From the NCBI GenBank assembly GCA_040954595.2, contig CM082592.2:9845677-9909676 (forward strand): 64,000 nucleotides of DNA, written 5' to 3'. A program made the position numbers and the translations under genes. A model generated the notes under the pieces. That model was given only the letters and a program-made list of their open reading frames with translations. It had not been told where the DNA came from and did not search any database. Shown one piece after another: positions 28,501 through 40,695 of this stretch. Origin of the DNA: Balanoglossus misakiensis. Lineage: Eukaryota; Animalia; Hemichordata. Every line of letters starts with the position of its first letter. The first letter of the stretch is position 1.

Positions 28501-30122
28501 AGATGACGGTTTCTTTACTCCAGTGCCAGCTTGCAAGCGTGCGGTTGCCATGACAATAGAGGGTTTGAAGAGGGCAGGACACAAGGTAGGGCAGTGGAGA
28601 TAAAAATACATTTAGTAGTAGAGACCTTCAAAAAGCATTTAGATGTGTTTAAATGTTTTTTGTTGTTTTTTTATCAGGTGATACCATTTAACGTACCCCC
28701 TCTCACTAATGAAGGAGACACAGCTGGTGACCATGTATTCAGGTTACTGCATGCGGATGGAAACAAGCTATGGCTTTCACACTTGTAAGTGGAGTCCCTG
28801 TCTCAATGTATAGATCTGCTTTAGATGAACAAAATGTTTTCTGTGGTATGATGGATCTATTAATATAAAGGGGTGTTGATACACAATTAGTGACAGTTGT
28901 CTGTCTTATATATGATTATGTCGTTTCAGAGAAGGAGAGCAAGTTGATAAACACTTAGCAACTCAGATTTCCCACACTATAGCGCCGTCATGGAAACGAT
29001 GGTTAAAGTGGCCATTTATGGTGAGTTTCAGTGGCTCTTATCACCCTCACAGGAGATGCCTACCTTGAGCTTTCAGTTACACTGAATTGTATGCGTAATT
29101 TGCAGTTTAATTTTTAGTCAGCGAAAACATGCAGGGATGAAGGGATATTGAAAGTAATTAGTCATTAATTAGGTTTTTTTTTCCATCAGTCAAATCGAGA
29201 GAAGATGGGATTCCGTTCCTGTGGAGGCGGTGATAAAAGAACGTCGGAATTATTTGCGGATTACAATAAGAGCAATGTGAGTTGCATTCTATGGAAAATT
29301 TAACACCTACAACAAATATACATATGAAGCTCTCTGATTTGGATATTGTTTCGAGCATGATCTGAAATCACTGATTTATTACACAAATTTTATGATCGCA
29401 CACTTACACTTTTCTATTATTTTCACTTTCAGCAATACGCTGCAAAGTTCATCTCTGCCTGGATGGAGGCTGGCATTGATGTCCTGGTGTGTCCTGCCTT
29501 TGGTATCACAGCATGTACCAATGAATACGCTGCCAAACTTTTCCGTAAGTCTGTTGCATAGAGTCAAAGATTTTGCAGAAAAAATACAAAACTCCCTTTG
29601 CTAAAATAATCTGACTATTGCTGAAGCATAGTTACATTCTCATCAATCTTTTATTCTTTCTGTCTGTTTTTTTCAGTCTTAGCTGGTACAACTGCCATCT
29701 ACAACTTGTTAGATTTTCCAGCTGGCACTGTAAATGTAACCAAGGTAACCAAAGAAGATGAGGAGAATCTGCTGCATAATTTTGAAGTGAATGACAAATG
29801 GGACCAGATGGCGAAAGAGGTAAATGAAATAAAAATCAGGTTCAGGGAGAAAAATAACCTGTGAAGTTTGATTACATTTATGCATAATCATTGCAAAAGG
29901 ATGGAAAAAACACACAAACTGTCTCAGAACTTTCAAATAAATTCATTACTTTCCAAATAATAATTTAGTGTCTTAGGATTAAAAATGACCATATTGATTT
30001 TCCCACAGGCCAGTAAAGACTCTGTTGGACTTCCTGTTGGGGTGCAGTGTGTAGCGTTACCATGGCAGGAAGAGATGTGTCTCCGATTGATGACAGAAGT
30101 TGAGAAATCCATCAAACTTTGA
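25508..30122 (+). CDS. FAAH: Fatty-acid amide hydrolase 1-like / vitamin D3 hydroxylase-associated-like amidase, copy 1 (15 exons, 589 aa)
   Basis: Exons: 25508-25729, 26431-26544, 26714-26770, 27101-27190, 27401-27534, 27711-27917, 28057-28097, 28244-28368, 28460-28585, 28678-28784, 28930-29020, 29190-29276, 29433-29544, 29677-29819, 30009-30122 (1770 nt, GT-AG, open frame). N-terminal TM anchor, catalytic Lys in HGIPFSVKE, amidase signature [39 protein letters not shown] and [22 protein letters not shown]. Confidence 0.93.
26244..26314. repeat. G20 and C10 homopolymer tract in FAAH copy 1 intron 1 (possible MITE remnant)
   Basis: taagggactggtcagtttcttc + G20 (26266-26285) ... C10 (26305-26314). 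Not seen in the copy 2 intron. Confidence 0.45.
27256..27313. repeat. 11-bp minisatellite (GTTTCTTACAA) x5
   Basis: Five adjacent units, two exact and three with 1-2 mismatches, in FAAH copy 1 intron 4. Confidence 0.8.
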
Positions 30123-30541
30123 GACGAAACATCAAATGAAGAAAACCAGTGAAAATGATCATGAAAAGTAATTTCTTTTTGGATGCTGATTTGAAGAAAT
30201 ATTGTGTATCATGATTCATGGAACACTGCATGATGTGTGCTATAATTGTTGGGCCTATTTTTTCAGGTGACTCTAATATTTTCCATGAAAATTTATCAAA
30301 GGTGCAGCTTTATTTTTATTTGTTGTTCAACAAGTCATCATACCTTATGGTTTCTATTGTAAGGTTGTGTATCTCTTGCTGGAGGACTTTAACTGATCTT
30401 AAATGTATGGAAAGATTTTTTTGAAATGATGAAAAGTTAAAAGAATACTTTGTTTTATGTCCTTTTGAAGTGCACTTTGTTCTCCTAGTGGTTGAAGTTG
30501 TTGTTATTGTTGTTATCTTCAGATTTATATACATGTTCCAG

Positions 30542-30547
30542 AATAAA
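30542..30547 (+). terminator. Probable polyadenylation signal of FAAH copy 1
   Basis: AATAAA ~420 nt after the stop, at the end of a U-rich 3'UTR-like stretch. Confidence 0.45.
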
Positions 30548-31002
30548 AGATAAACATTTTATTAAACAGTTTGCAATTTAAGTGATGTATTTTACAAAAG
30601 AAAATAAAAATAGCAGCAATGTTGAAATGAACATGGTATGTGTCTGATATTATTTGATATTATTCTTACCTATAAATAAACATAAAATAATTATAATTAT
30701 GCATGTCCATCAATACCCATATGTACTAGTCCACAGAATTTATTACTGTTGGTCTGTTTTAAACTGACAGAAAATTATGAATAGGGTTATTTAGCCAAAA
30801 AACTGCCCAGAGTTTTCTTTGACTTCAAGTGTCTGTCAACAAAATAAAGGCCAAGAGAGGGGCAGTGGTTAAAATTCTACTCTAGTGCAGGGTACATGAC
30901 CTGACTGACATATGACCTTATTGTAGTACATCTCGTCTGTACTCAATAAGGCGTCTGTGCTATAACTCTCTCCAAGGCCAGAACCGAGTTTTTCCTGTGA
31001 AA

Positions 31003-34000
31003 ATGGCGTTCAAACTGGAACGGCTTGATGCAGTTCTTGGAGAATGGGGACTAGAAAAGTTAGCAGCCACTCTGGTCGTTATGGCAGGAGGTATTTACAC
31101 GGGCAAAGTACTTTGCGACCGGTGGAAAAAGATGCTGAGGATTCGAGATCAGGCAATCGATAGACGACAAAAGGCAACTGACATGAAAATCGCACTGGCC
31201 AAGAAGTTGCACACAGATGATCCGGTAATATTCTACAATACACAAATTCAACTGAGTGATTCTATGGACTTAAACATTGAAAGCCCTATTCACTTTATAT
31301 GTTGACATATCAGTGTTCAATCACCATGCAAGAACTAGGACTAATAGTATGACCTGTATCCCTGGATTTCAAGGGCAAATTGACCTCTGTACGACATAAA
31401 TAAGAACTGCACACAAATACGTAGAACATTACAAACTCAGTAAATGTTTGTCCATAAAAAGTACTTTTTGTGGTCCCAAAAGGATAGATTTCTCATGTAT
31501 CCTTTCTCGCTAGAAAGTTCATTAAAAGTAGTGCTTATGGTGAAAATTACTGATTGTAATTTTCAGGCTGTTCTAGCATCACGACAGAAGATCGTTGCCA
31601 TGCCAACCAGTGAACTCAGTGCAGCTTTGAAATCGGGTGAACTGACAGCTGTGGAGGTACTTCACGCTTATCAGGCAAAGGTGAGTAGATCTTGATAAGG
31701 TGGAGGGAGATTATGTTGGGAATAAGTCACAAATGTGCATTCTGCCTTTGAGAATATTCTGTATTGGCCATTTTGAGAGTAGTTTTGAAATATGTGTCAA
31801 TTTAGTTCCACCACAACTTGGACACAGCACAACAGCTCCACCCATCTGCAGCAGTCAAAACTTAATTTACAAGCAACCTATTAAAGTTAAAGTGGCAAGT
31901 TTTTTATACCACACCATCTCAACAATAGTTTAATCCATTCTCTTTTAACCACCACAGTGTGTCGATAACAATATCATACTTTATTTCCCCCACCCCAGGC
32001 TATGGATTGTACAAGTCAGATAAACTGTGTAACCGAGCCGATCATGGAAGCAGAGGTAGGGGTCATGAACCCATTCAAGTTGTTCTACTTGTGGTACATT
32101 AAACTGTCTGCACTTCCAAAGGCCAGTTAACACCGGACCCAGTTAGTTAAGTTTTGTAGCAGTATGAAAGAAACCATGATCTTTGGATTATACTTACAAA
32201 TGACTGTAGCCGGCCAACAGGGTTTATGCACTGCAACCATGCAGTAGTTATTGGCACATTCCTCAAAACAAGATATTGATGAATATGAACATGATTGAAA
32301 TATTTAGACTTTGATGGTTGATAAATTGACAGAAATGGGCTGAAGAGTTGGACAGATGTACAGAGAAGACAGGCCTAATGCATGGAATTCCTTTCAGTGT
32401 CAAAGAAAGTTTTAATGTCAGAGTAAGTAAAATTAAAGTTAGTTTGAAAGAGTTTTTTTCCTTCAAAATTTTGATGTGGTTTTACATAGGGCATGCAAGC
32501 CGCATTTGAATTGTTGGTTTCACTCAAGACTGCCTGTAGGTAAATTTGACCCAAAAAATGGTTTTGCACGTAACTGTGCTTGAATTTTCCAACAGGGGCG
32601 TGACAGCAACGTTGGTTTAGTGAAGTACATCAACACGATAGCTGAAAGAGACCATGTTGTTATACAGGCACTGAAGAAACAAGGTGGCATACCCTTCATG
32701 AGAACAAACGTGCCACAGTCAATGCTGAGGTAAGCGCGTTCTAATGCAGTGGATGGCACTTAGACCACTGACAAGTGTTACGTTTCACCACTCTTTTGCT
32801 ACTTGCAACTCACAGCTGCCACTTGTATCATGTGTTTTTCGTACCCCTAAGAGTAAAGATATTAAGTGAAATTCATTTATATACATTGATGATGCAGATC
32901 AACACTTTTTTAGCAAACAATTATTTTTGACATATATAGTTACTCGTGCAGCAATCCCATTTATGGAGAAACTTACAATCCGCACGACCCTGAAAGAGGA
33001 CCAGGGGGCTCTTCCAGTGGGGAGGGTGCTCTGATTGGAATGCATGGATCTCTGATTGGACTTGGTGGGGATTTGGCTGGAAGTGTTCGCATACCAGCTC
33101 ATTTCTGTGGGATCTGTTCTCTGAAACCCACCATGCGTCGGATCAGGTAGGTTTCCTGTAGCTGAAAACACTCCAGTGATTTGTATAACGGAAAGTTTGT
33201 AACCATTGAGCTTCCCCCTAAAACTAAGTCAGATTTATCAGTCTATCATTAATTTTTGACACAAAATTAATGACTGCATTTATATCATACATATTCTTCA
33301 AAAAGGTCCTGGAATGCCCTAGAACTTTGAGTATGACTACGAAAGTATGAACTTAAGAGGGATTTGTGCCTCTTGTAAATGCTGACACTGCCATTTTTTT
33401 ATAATTTTAATTTCCACAGTCTAATAGGAGAGGCCATGCCCTTGTCGGGATATAAAGGATGTGAGTATCATAAGATGTGGTTTCTACTTGATATAATGTT
33501 TTACTTGGTAATTACCTCATTGTTCACCAAAACCTTAAATTTCTGGTTCTTAAATTTAAATTTGATTTTAATTTCCCTGTTAGTGACTTTTTCACCTGGT
33601 GTGATGGCCCGTGATGTGGATGGTGTTGTTCTGGGCATAAAGGCGCTACTTCAACCAGAAATGTTTAATCTAGACTGTACAATTCCTCCTATACCATTCA
33701 ATGAAAAGGTAAAACATCAATATGTTTCTATTGGCACAAACAAACTTGATGTTGTATTTAAAGACACAGAAAAGAGCAATTGCAACAAAAAGTATTTGTA
33801 CCAAAACAATAAAATGTCTTGATTTAATAATTTGAAATCTTTTACAGGTTTATTCCAGTGGCAACTCTCTCACCATCGGTTATTACGAAGATGACGGTTT
33901 CTTTACTCCAGTGCCAGCTTGCAAGCGTGCGGTTGCCATGACAATAGAGGGTTTGAAGAGGGCAGGACACAAGGTATGGTACTTGAAATGTTATATTTCT

Positions 34001-35900
34001 ATGTAGCCAGTGGAATTAACAACAAATACAGTGGAAATCTTGTTTTGCTTATTATAACCTTCTTGTAGCTTCATACACCAACTGTTTTTCTCACATATAA
34101 TTAAATGGGTTTCACTGTATTGAGTTTGGTTCTTTAATTTTCAGGTGGTACCATTTAAAGTTCCAATTCTCGATGAAACAAAGGGAGATACAGCTGGTGA
34201 CCATGCACTCAAGTTAGTGCATATGGATGGAAATAAACAATGGTTTTCTGTTTTGTAAGTAAAAAATCTTCTGGTGCCATTATTCTCCACATGGGCATCA
34301 GAATTTTCTCTTTTTGCTCAGAGATAATTGCACATACATTTACATGAACCCAATCAAACACCAGGTGCTAATATATATGATTATACGGTATGTTTTTAAT
34401 GTTTCAGGGGGGAAGAAATCGTTGACAAACACCTTGCGAATCAGATGTCTGAAACTGTGGCACCGTCATTGAAACGATTGCTAACATTGCCATTTATGGT
34501 AAGTTTGGGAAACTTTTTGCTCAAGGATAGTCCAGTGTTTTAATGCTGGATACCGTTATAATGCGTCAACTTCTTTCTTCCATTTATTTTTCTTTCTTTA
34601 TTGAGAACAAGTGAGGCAACAATTGTAATTGCCATTTGATGTCATTGTGTTCAACAGTCTCGCCGAGTGAAGATGCATGATCAGTTGTTTAGAGGTGGTG
34701 ATAAGCGGACATCTGAATTATTCGCAGAGTACAACGAATGCAATGTAAGTTTCCTTTTCATGTTTCACTGACAGTTTATACATGTAATGTTTGTTTGGAA
34801 GTGATATCCTGTCCATCTATCCTGTCCATTGTGTGAGCAGGTGACTGTGCTTATTTTTCAGCAAGCTAGGACAGATCATTTGAGTGTTGATTTTCAATGC
34901 GATACAAAACGTGGCCATCTTGTACTGCTTGAAAATTGAAAATTGCAGATGGAAAGTTGGCAGACGAGACATTCTCGTACCATGCCTGTATCAGACCTGG
35001 GATCAGTTAAATTATGTTTAACTTGAATTTCACTGACCTACCTGATGTGAAATTTTTCCTGAGCGGTTTCACCCTTGATCATAGATGTACATCCCCCATT
35101 GATTTCACTTTCAGCAATACACTGCAAAGTTTATCTCTGCTTGGATGGAGGCTGGCATTGATGTCCTGGTGTGTCCTGCCTTTGGTATCACAGCCTGTAC
35201 CAATGAATACGCTGCCAAACTTTTCTGTGAGTCTGTCGTAATCTCATTTTCTTGTAACTGAAATATTAATTATTGATTGGCCAAATTAATTTCACAATTA
35301 CTGCAGGATAGGTCACTGCAAACATGTTAAAAAACCTGCAACATCCCTCTCACTATACCAGGACAATTGAAAGATAATTTGGGACAGAAGGACATTGATT
35401 CATGACCAGAAAAATAGTAAGTCAGATGTTAGCGTTACAATGATAATGTATTCTTTCATAATAGTTCCTTTCAATCTTATTTGTTTTCAGCTTTGTTAGG
35501 TACAACAGGCATATATAACTTGTTAGACTTTCCAGCCGGCATTGTGACTGTTACCAAGGTAACAAGAGAAGATGAGGAAAACCTGGAGCACAACTTTGAA
35601 GTAAAAGACCAAATTGACCAGATAGCAAAGGAGGTAAGCAAAATTGTAACATTTTCTATAAAAAAAACTTTGGATGATTTTGTTTACTGAATTGGCGTTG
35701 AACTACCACACTTCCATATTTATACACTATAGATTTTTTATTCTAGATCCGAAAAATAATCACCTGTAATCTTTCCTACTCCACAGGCATGTAAAGACTC
35801 TGTTGGACTTCCTGTTGGGGTGCAGTGTGTAGCGTTACCATGGCAGGAAGAGAGGTGCCTCCGATTGATGACAGAAGTCGAGAAGTCTGTCAAACCCTGA
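31003..35900 (+). CDS. FAAH: Fatty-acid amide hydrolase 1-like amidase, copy 2 (tandem duplicate, 15 exons, 590 aa)
   Basis: Exons: 31003-31224, 31567-31680, 31999-32055, 32333-32422, 32596-32729, 32940-33146, 33420-33460, 33584-33708, 33848-33973, 34145-34254, 34408-34498, 34658-34744, 35115-35226, 35491-35633, 35787-35900 (1773 nt). Exon sizes match copy 1 except exon 10 (+3 nt). Triad motifs [21 protein letters not shown] and GLGGDLAGSVRIP are intact. Confidence 0.93.
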
Positions 35901-37064
35901 GATATATAGAATGAAACAATAATTCAATGAAAACTGTCTGAATCATGAAAGTTTACTTTGTATTGGTGACAAGCTGTAGAAATGAATAAGGTTTCTGATG
36001 GGAATTCATCAAAGCTTATCTATTCATTTGCAAGGCAATAACTAACCATGCATATTGACGTCTACATCCCCCGAGGTTTTGTAAGAGGGACTTTCATTAA
36101 CCAGTGTTACTTCATGATGATTAAAGATTTTAATTTTAGAGTAAACATTCAATTATTAACATTTGTTCAATTTAATATGTGGTTTTTTCTTTTATGTCAG
36201 CAAGGAATAACCAAGACACGCACCATGAACATCATTATACCATTTTATTTCATTTTACATCAAACAATTATGTGTATTATACAGAGGCGTGTGAGCCATA
36301 AAACTCTAAAAAATAAAATTCCATTTTTACAATTGGAACACTATATAAATCAACCACTTTTACATATTAGTGCATACTGGACTTTAAATAACTACCAGAA
36401 ACACTACTCAGAGTATTTTTTTGTGAAACTGAATTCAAACAAAGACAAAAACTTATATAGTATATAATTCATTTGAAAATTGTGCGCCTCTGCTATTACG
36501 ATTGTAATTACCGTACATCCCAAAGATCACAGCCCCCACACATGCCTAACAGGACAGTGAAAAGATTAACATACATGTATTTGAAATGTAAATAAAATAA
36601 CAGTAGCAAGTATTAATCTCCCAGATAATAATCTTAGTAATACCAATTTGTGAGGCTATGCCATTTATTTATCCTGCTGTCTGCTAATAAATTACATGCT
36701 AAGTATTCTGCTATATGTCCATTCTAACTGACAAGCATCTACGCCCTGTCGAGTAAACTTGAGAAGTCATATGCCAATCTTGATGTCCAAGGGAATATAT
36801 GCTACATGTAGAGTGAGGTAAGCCATTTTGAATTTGAAATTTTAGATTGCAGATACAATTGTCCTGCAGTCCCTGAGCAGTGACAGTTGACTAAGTAACT
36901 CATGAACTGAGATAAAGAGAATATAGAGAAGCATTTTCTTGAACACACATCAGCATATGTTCCTCAAGACCACCGTGATAAAATGAGTTTCATTGCACCA
37001 ATAATATTGTGGTTGGTTTAGAAAACAGCAGACATTTAAAAAAAATTCAGTGATGTGAAAGCCC

Positions 37065-39685
37065 TCAGTAGTAGATGTTGTCAGCCAGATGCATTCCTTG
37101 GACTGCTTTGCTGAGCTCTTCTTCAATTTTGTAGTGGTCCAGACTCATCTCGACGAACCTACTCACAGAGTGCTTCTGGAACTCTTGACTCCACTTGACG
37201 TCATTGTGAACTTCCAGTAGTGCCTTCTGGATTGCCTCTTTCTCAGCCTCTGAAATAGTGGAAGAGTGGGAGAAAAAGTTGAAGTGAGTCTGCTTTTTGC
37301 AGGATATCATTTCATTATTAGAGACAATTTCACAAATTCCATTCATACTCATTAATTTGTGCCCATGGGACTCTGGTCCCTCTGACAGGACTCTGATTGG
37401 AAAGTGCACCCTCTACATTTTGTTTCTTTCGCAATGGCAAAGAACTTAGTAAAAACAAAAGCAACTCTTGCAATCCACCTCAAGAGGGCAGCACTCACCT
37501 GGAATTCTGGAATTGACAGCTATGGGATAAATGGGCAGCGGCCCAATTGAAGTCAATATGTGTAAATTCTTGGCTACCTCAGGGTCTTTCATTTGAACTG
37601 CTAAACAGTTGCTGTCAATGCTGGCTGCTTCCACTGTTTGGTCCAGGACCAGCTTGATAGAGTTTAAATGTGATCCTGGAACAGCAAAATATTAAAAGTA
37701 AAAATCAACAAATCCAGACAAAACCATACAAGAAGTGTAACAATAATGCTGACACGACCGATCAAATTCAACATTGACTTGTATGATTTCTTGCATGAAT
37801 AACACCCGAGTAAAAATACTCAACAATTCAATGGAAATACAAATGCACAAAGTTAACGATTGATCTCAAACAAGAAAATTTATACACAAACTTACCAGAG
37901 TGCATGATATGGCCAAAGAAACTTGAATTTTCACCCATTTGCTTCAACATCCTCAGTGTAGAATAACAGCCACTGAGAGAATGGGCATCATTGTACGCCC
38001 ACTTGCAACCCCGGAGGTTGATGAACTCTTTAAAACGCTCTCTGTAGACAGATGGAAGAAGAAGAAAAACAAGATAAACGTTACTGGATGATGTTGCTTA
38101 TCCCTGACTGTTTGCCATGGCAACCACTGAGAGGAAGTATCTGATAAGGATTTTCTCATTGATAAGAGATTTGATCGAACAGATTTCTCGGAAATGTTAT
38201 TCAGTGTGTGATGTGTATGTGCATGTGTGATGTAATCTGGTATTTGTGATTGCAATGTGTCTGAAAAGTGTTTTTCAAGGCAACAGTCAACCCAGTGGTT
38301 ACACAATGTGAATTTGAGGTAATAAATGTCTATTTTCCAGGCATAATCATGTACTAAACATCAGACTGTCTTTCATATTGGGAACTGTTTGAAAAAAGAA
38401 TTTCAAAGAGTATGAACAATTGGTTGGTGAATTCTGTATAATACTGGCGGGATAGGAGTTTCTGTGGGCAATTTCCTTTTTCCACAATGCTATATCCGAA
38501 GCTGGGTAAGCTTTATAAAACTGGCAAATCACAACTTACTTGTTGTCAGCATGAATTATGACATCAGAGAAATAGACTGGTCTATTTTGTGCCCTTGGGT
38601 GCATGTACACTGGTCCAGCTTTGAGCAATTCTACCGGTGCCTTCTTGTCTCGTATCAAATTCATAAATGCTGAACTGCACATGAAACCTAAAAGAACCAA
38701 CAAATGTATTGTATGAATGCAAAGCCATAGAGAAACAATTGCAGAAATGTTTTACAATTACACATTCAAAGGAAGTGAAAATAATGAACTTTTTTAATGT
38801 TCTGTTATATCCACATTTCACATGCTGCTCTGAAACCAACACTTGTAGATACGGCGTTCCCTCCAAAAGGGAAAAAATCCCAAGAATGTGATACCAAAAA
38901 TTTATTGATTTATTGATTCATTCATCAATAATTGATGAGGGCAGCTCATGATCATGTCTTAAGACTTGAGTTTTAAATTACAAAAATAAATTAAAGGGTA
39001 TATAGATCACTAAAATCAATAAAACCAATTTGACCTAATTATCACCTATGTGAATAGGGCTTGGTATGCTCTTGAGCATTAGTACATAAAATCACCAAGC
39101 GTACTCGATCAAATTTTAACAATTCATGCTGATTTCTTGCATCAAATTCAAAACAAATTCTCTGTTTCAGAAAGGTACAGCGACTTGATATTTGCATTAA
39201 TTAAGTTTGACTAACGCACACTGTCGCCGGCAAAAATAAATTTGCTATACAACTGGTGGTGTTCAGTGAAAGTGGGTAATTGGGTCAAACTGAGGTTTAT
39301 TGATCTCAGTAATCTAGTTTACCTACTCACAGCTGCCTTTCTGGCTACCCAAATGCAAGTCACTGCGCAGGTATTGTGAAAGGTGTATAACTGATGCAAG
39401 AGCTAATACACACATTGTGCACATTGGCAAATAAATCAATTTCAAGAAATTAACATTATAGGAAATTCCATCATAATCACCTATGTCAACATCGTCGTGT
39501 GTGAAAGGGTCGATTCTCTCTGGTGGTGGGCCAGACCATCGGTTTTCATAGATCAAATGCGCATCCTTGTTCAACTTCTCTTCCAGGTAATACATCACAG
39601 TCTGGAAGAACTCAATCGGAATACTGGGAGCCAGGTAGGTGATGCATCGAAGTCTCCCACTCCGTCTTGCGTCTGTGTCATTCAT
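37065..39685 (-). CDS. PhnD-like phosphate/phosphonate-binding protein (type 2 periplasmic-binding fold), spliced, 5 coding exons, 286 aa
   Basis: Exons (minus): 39685-39481, 38687-38540, 38041-37896, 37675-37499, 37249-37065 (861 nt, GT-AG, phases 1,2,1,1). Translation has motifs typical of bacterial PhnD-family proteins: LRCITYLAPS, VDIGFMCS, PVYFSDVII, LRGCKWAYNDAHSLSG, FFGHIMHSGSHLNSI, VEAASIDS, SIGPLPIYPIAV. A probable upstream non-coding exon has donor AAG|GTAAGT at 40696/40695. Confidence 0.85.
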
Positions 39686-40695
39686 TGTGTTCTGTGGCTG
39701 TATTAAATAAAAAGAAGATAATTTATAAATGGCTGCAGAGATGACGCATGGCTGGGTTTCTGTGGTCCAGTGGACCCAAAGCAAAGTTTTGATAATTCAT
39801 GGCTTCTACAGATTCTCAGTACATCAGACCTACAAGCAGATGGTTTTTGTGCTGCCGGACACGGACAGTCACAGACGTGTTGGCAGTGTCCATCTGATAA
39901 CACTATCTCCAATAAGTCTGACATCACTGCCAACATGTTTCTTTCTCATGAAGTGAACGGGAGGTTAGTCACGTATCTTCCACATGGTCTGTCAGACTGT
40001 GTATATGTCATCTGGGGAGCTATTCACAGTTTCGCCCGACCCTGCCCTTTGCAGTCGCCAAACTGATATGAATCTACGTCTCATCACAAATCATCGGATC
40101 TACCTGCAACACGTGGCATTTCTTTCTCAGCAGTCATACTGTTGGGGTAAACAACCTTTTCATGCTTGTAGGGCAGTGTGCCCTCTAACAGACATCAATT
40201 TGATGATTTCTAAAAATTGCATTCATGCACAGATCTACGAAAGATGTAGTCTCTGCAGTGTGGAGAAATTATTTACTGACAGGTCTGAGTGTATAATGAA
40301 TTTTTGATGAAATACATTCTCATGAAATGGACATTAAAATGGTGTCTATCCACATACATGTACATAATAGTTGCAGTATGGCCCTATATGCGCACCTGCT
40401 GTAGTGAGATGCAGATACATGTATAAATGGTATACATGTACATATCTCTCTGTATGTCCATGATTATACTGAAATGTACACGTGTCTGTAGGTGGGTCAC
40501 CACTTAATGCTGCCCCAGATACACCAGGTCGGCGACCTGACATTTGCTGTCGTGTTTCACTGCAGAATCTCTCCACACTACAGAGTCTAGGAAAAAAAAT
40601 TGTCTGGGTCTCGCTTGGCAAGTTCAACTTTGCAACGTCACAAAGGATGCCCTTTTCGGGTCATTGTGCTGGCAAATAAGTGAACTTGAACTTAC

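Noticed and set aside
33246-33273. 11-bp inverted repeat in FAAH copy 2 intron 6
   Set aside because: Short and AT-rich, with no convincing TIR/TSD pair to define an element.
37065-39685. Bacterial contamination as the source of the PhnD-like sequence
   Set aside because: It has four phase-consistent spliceosomal introns, host-like composition, and is contiguous with FAAH and SH2B.
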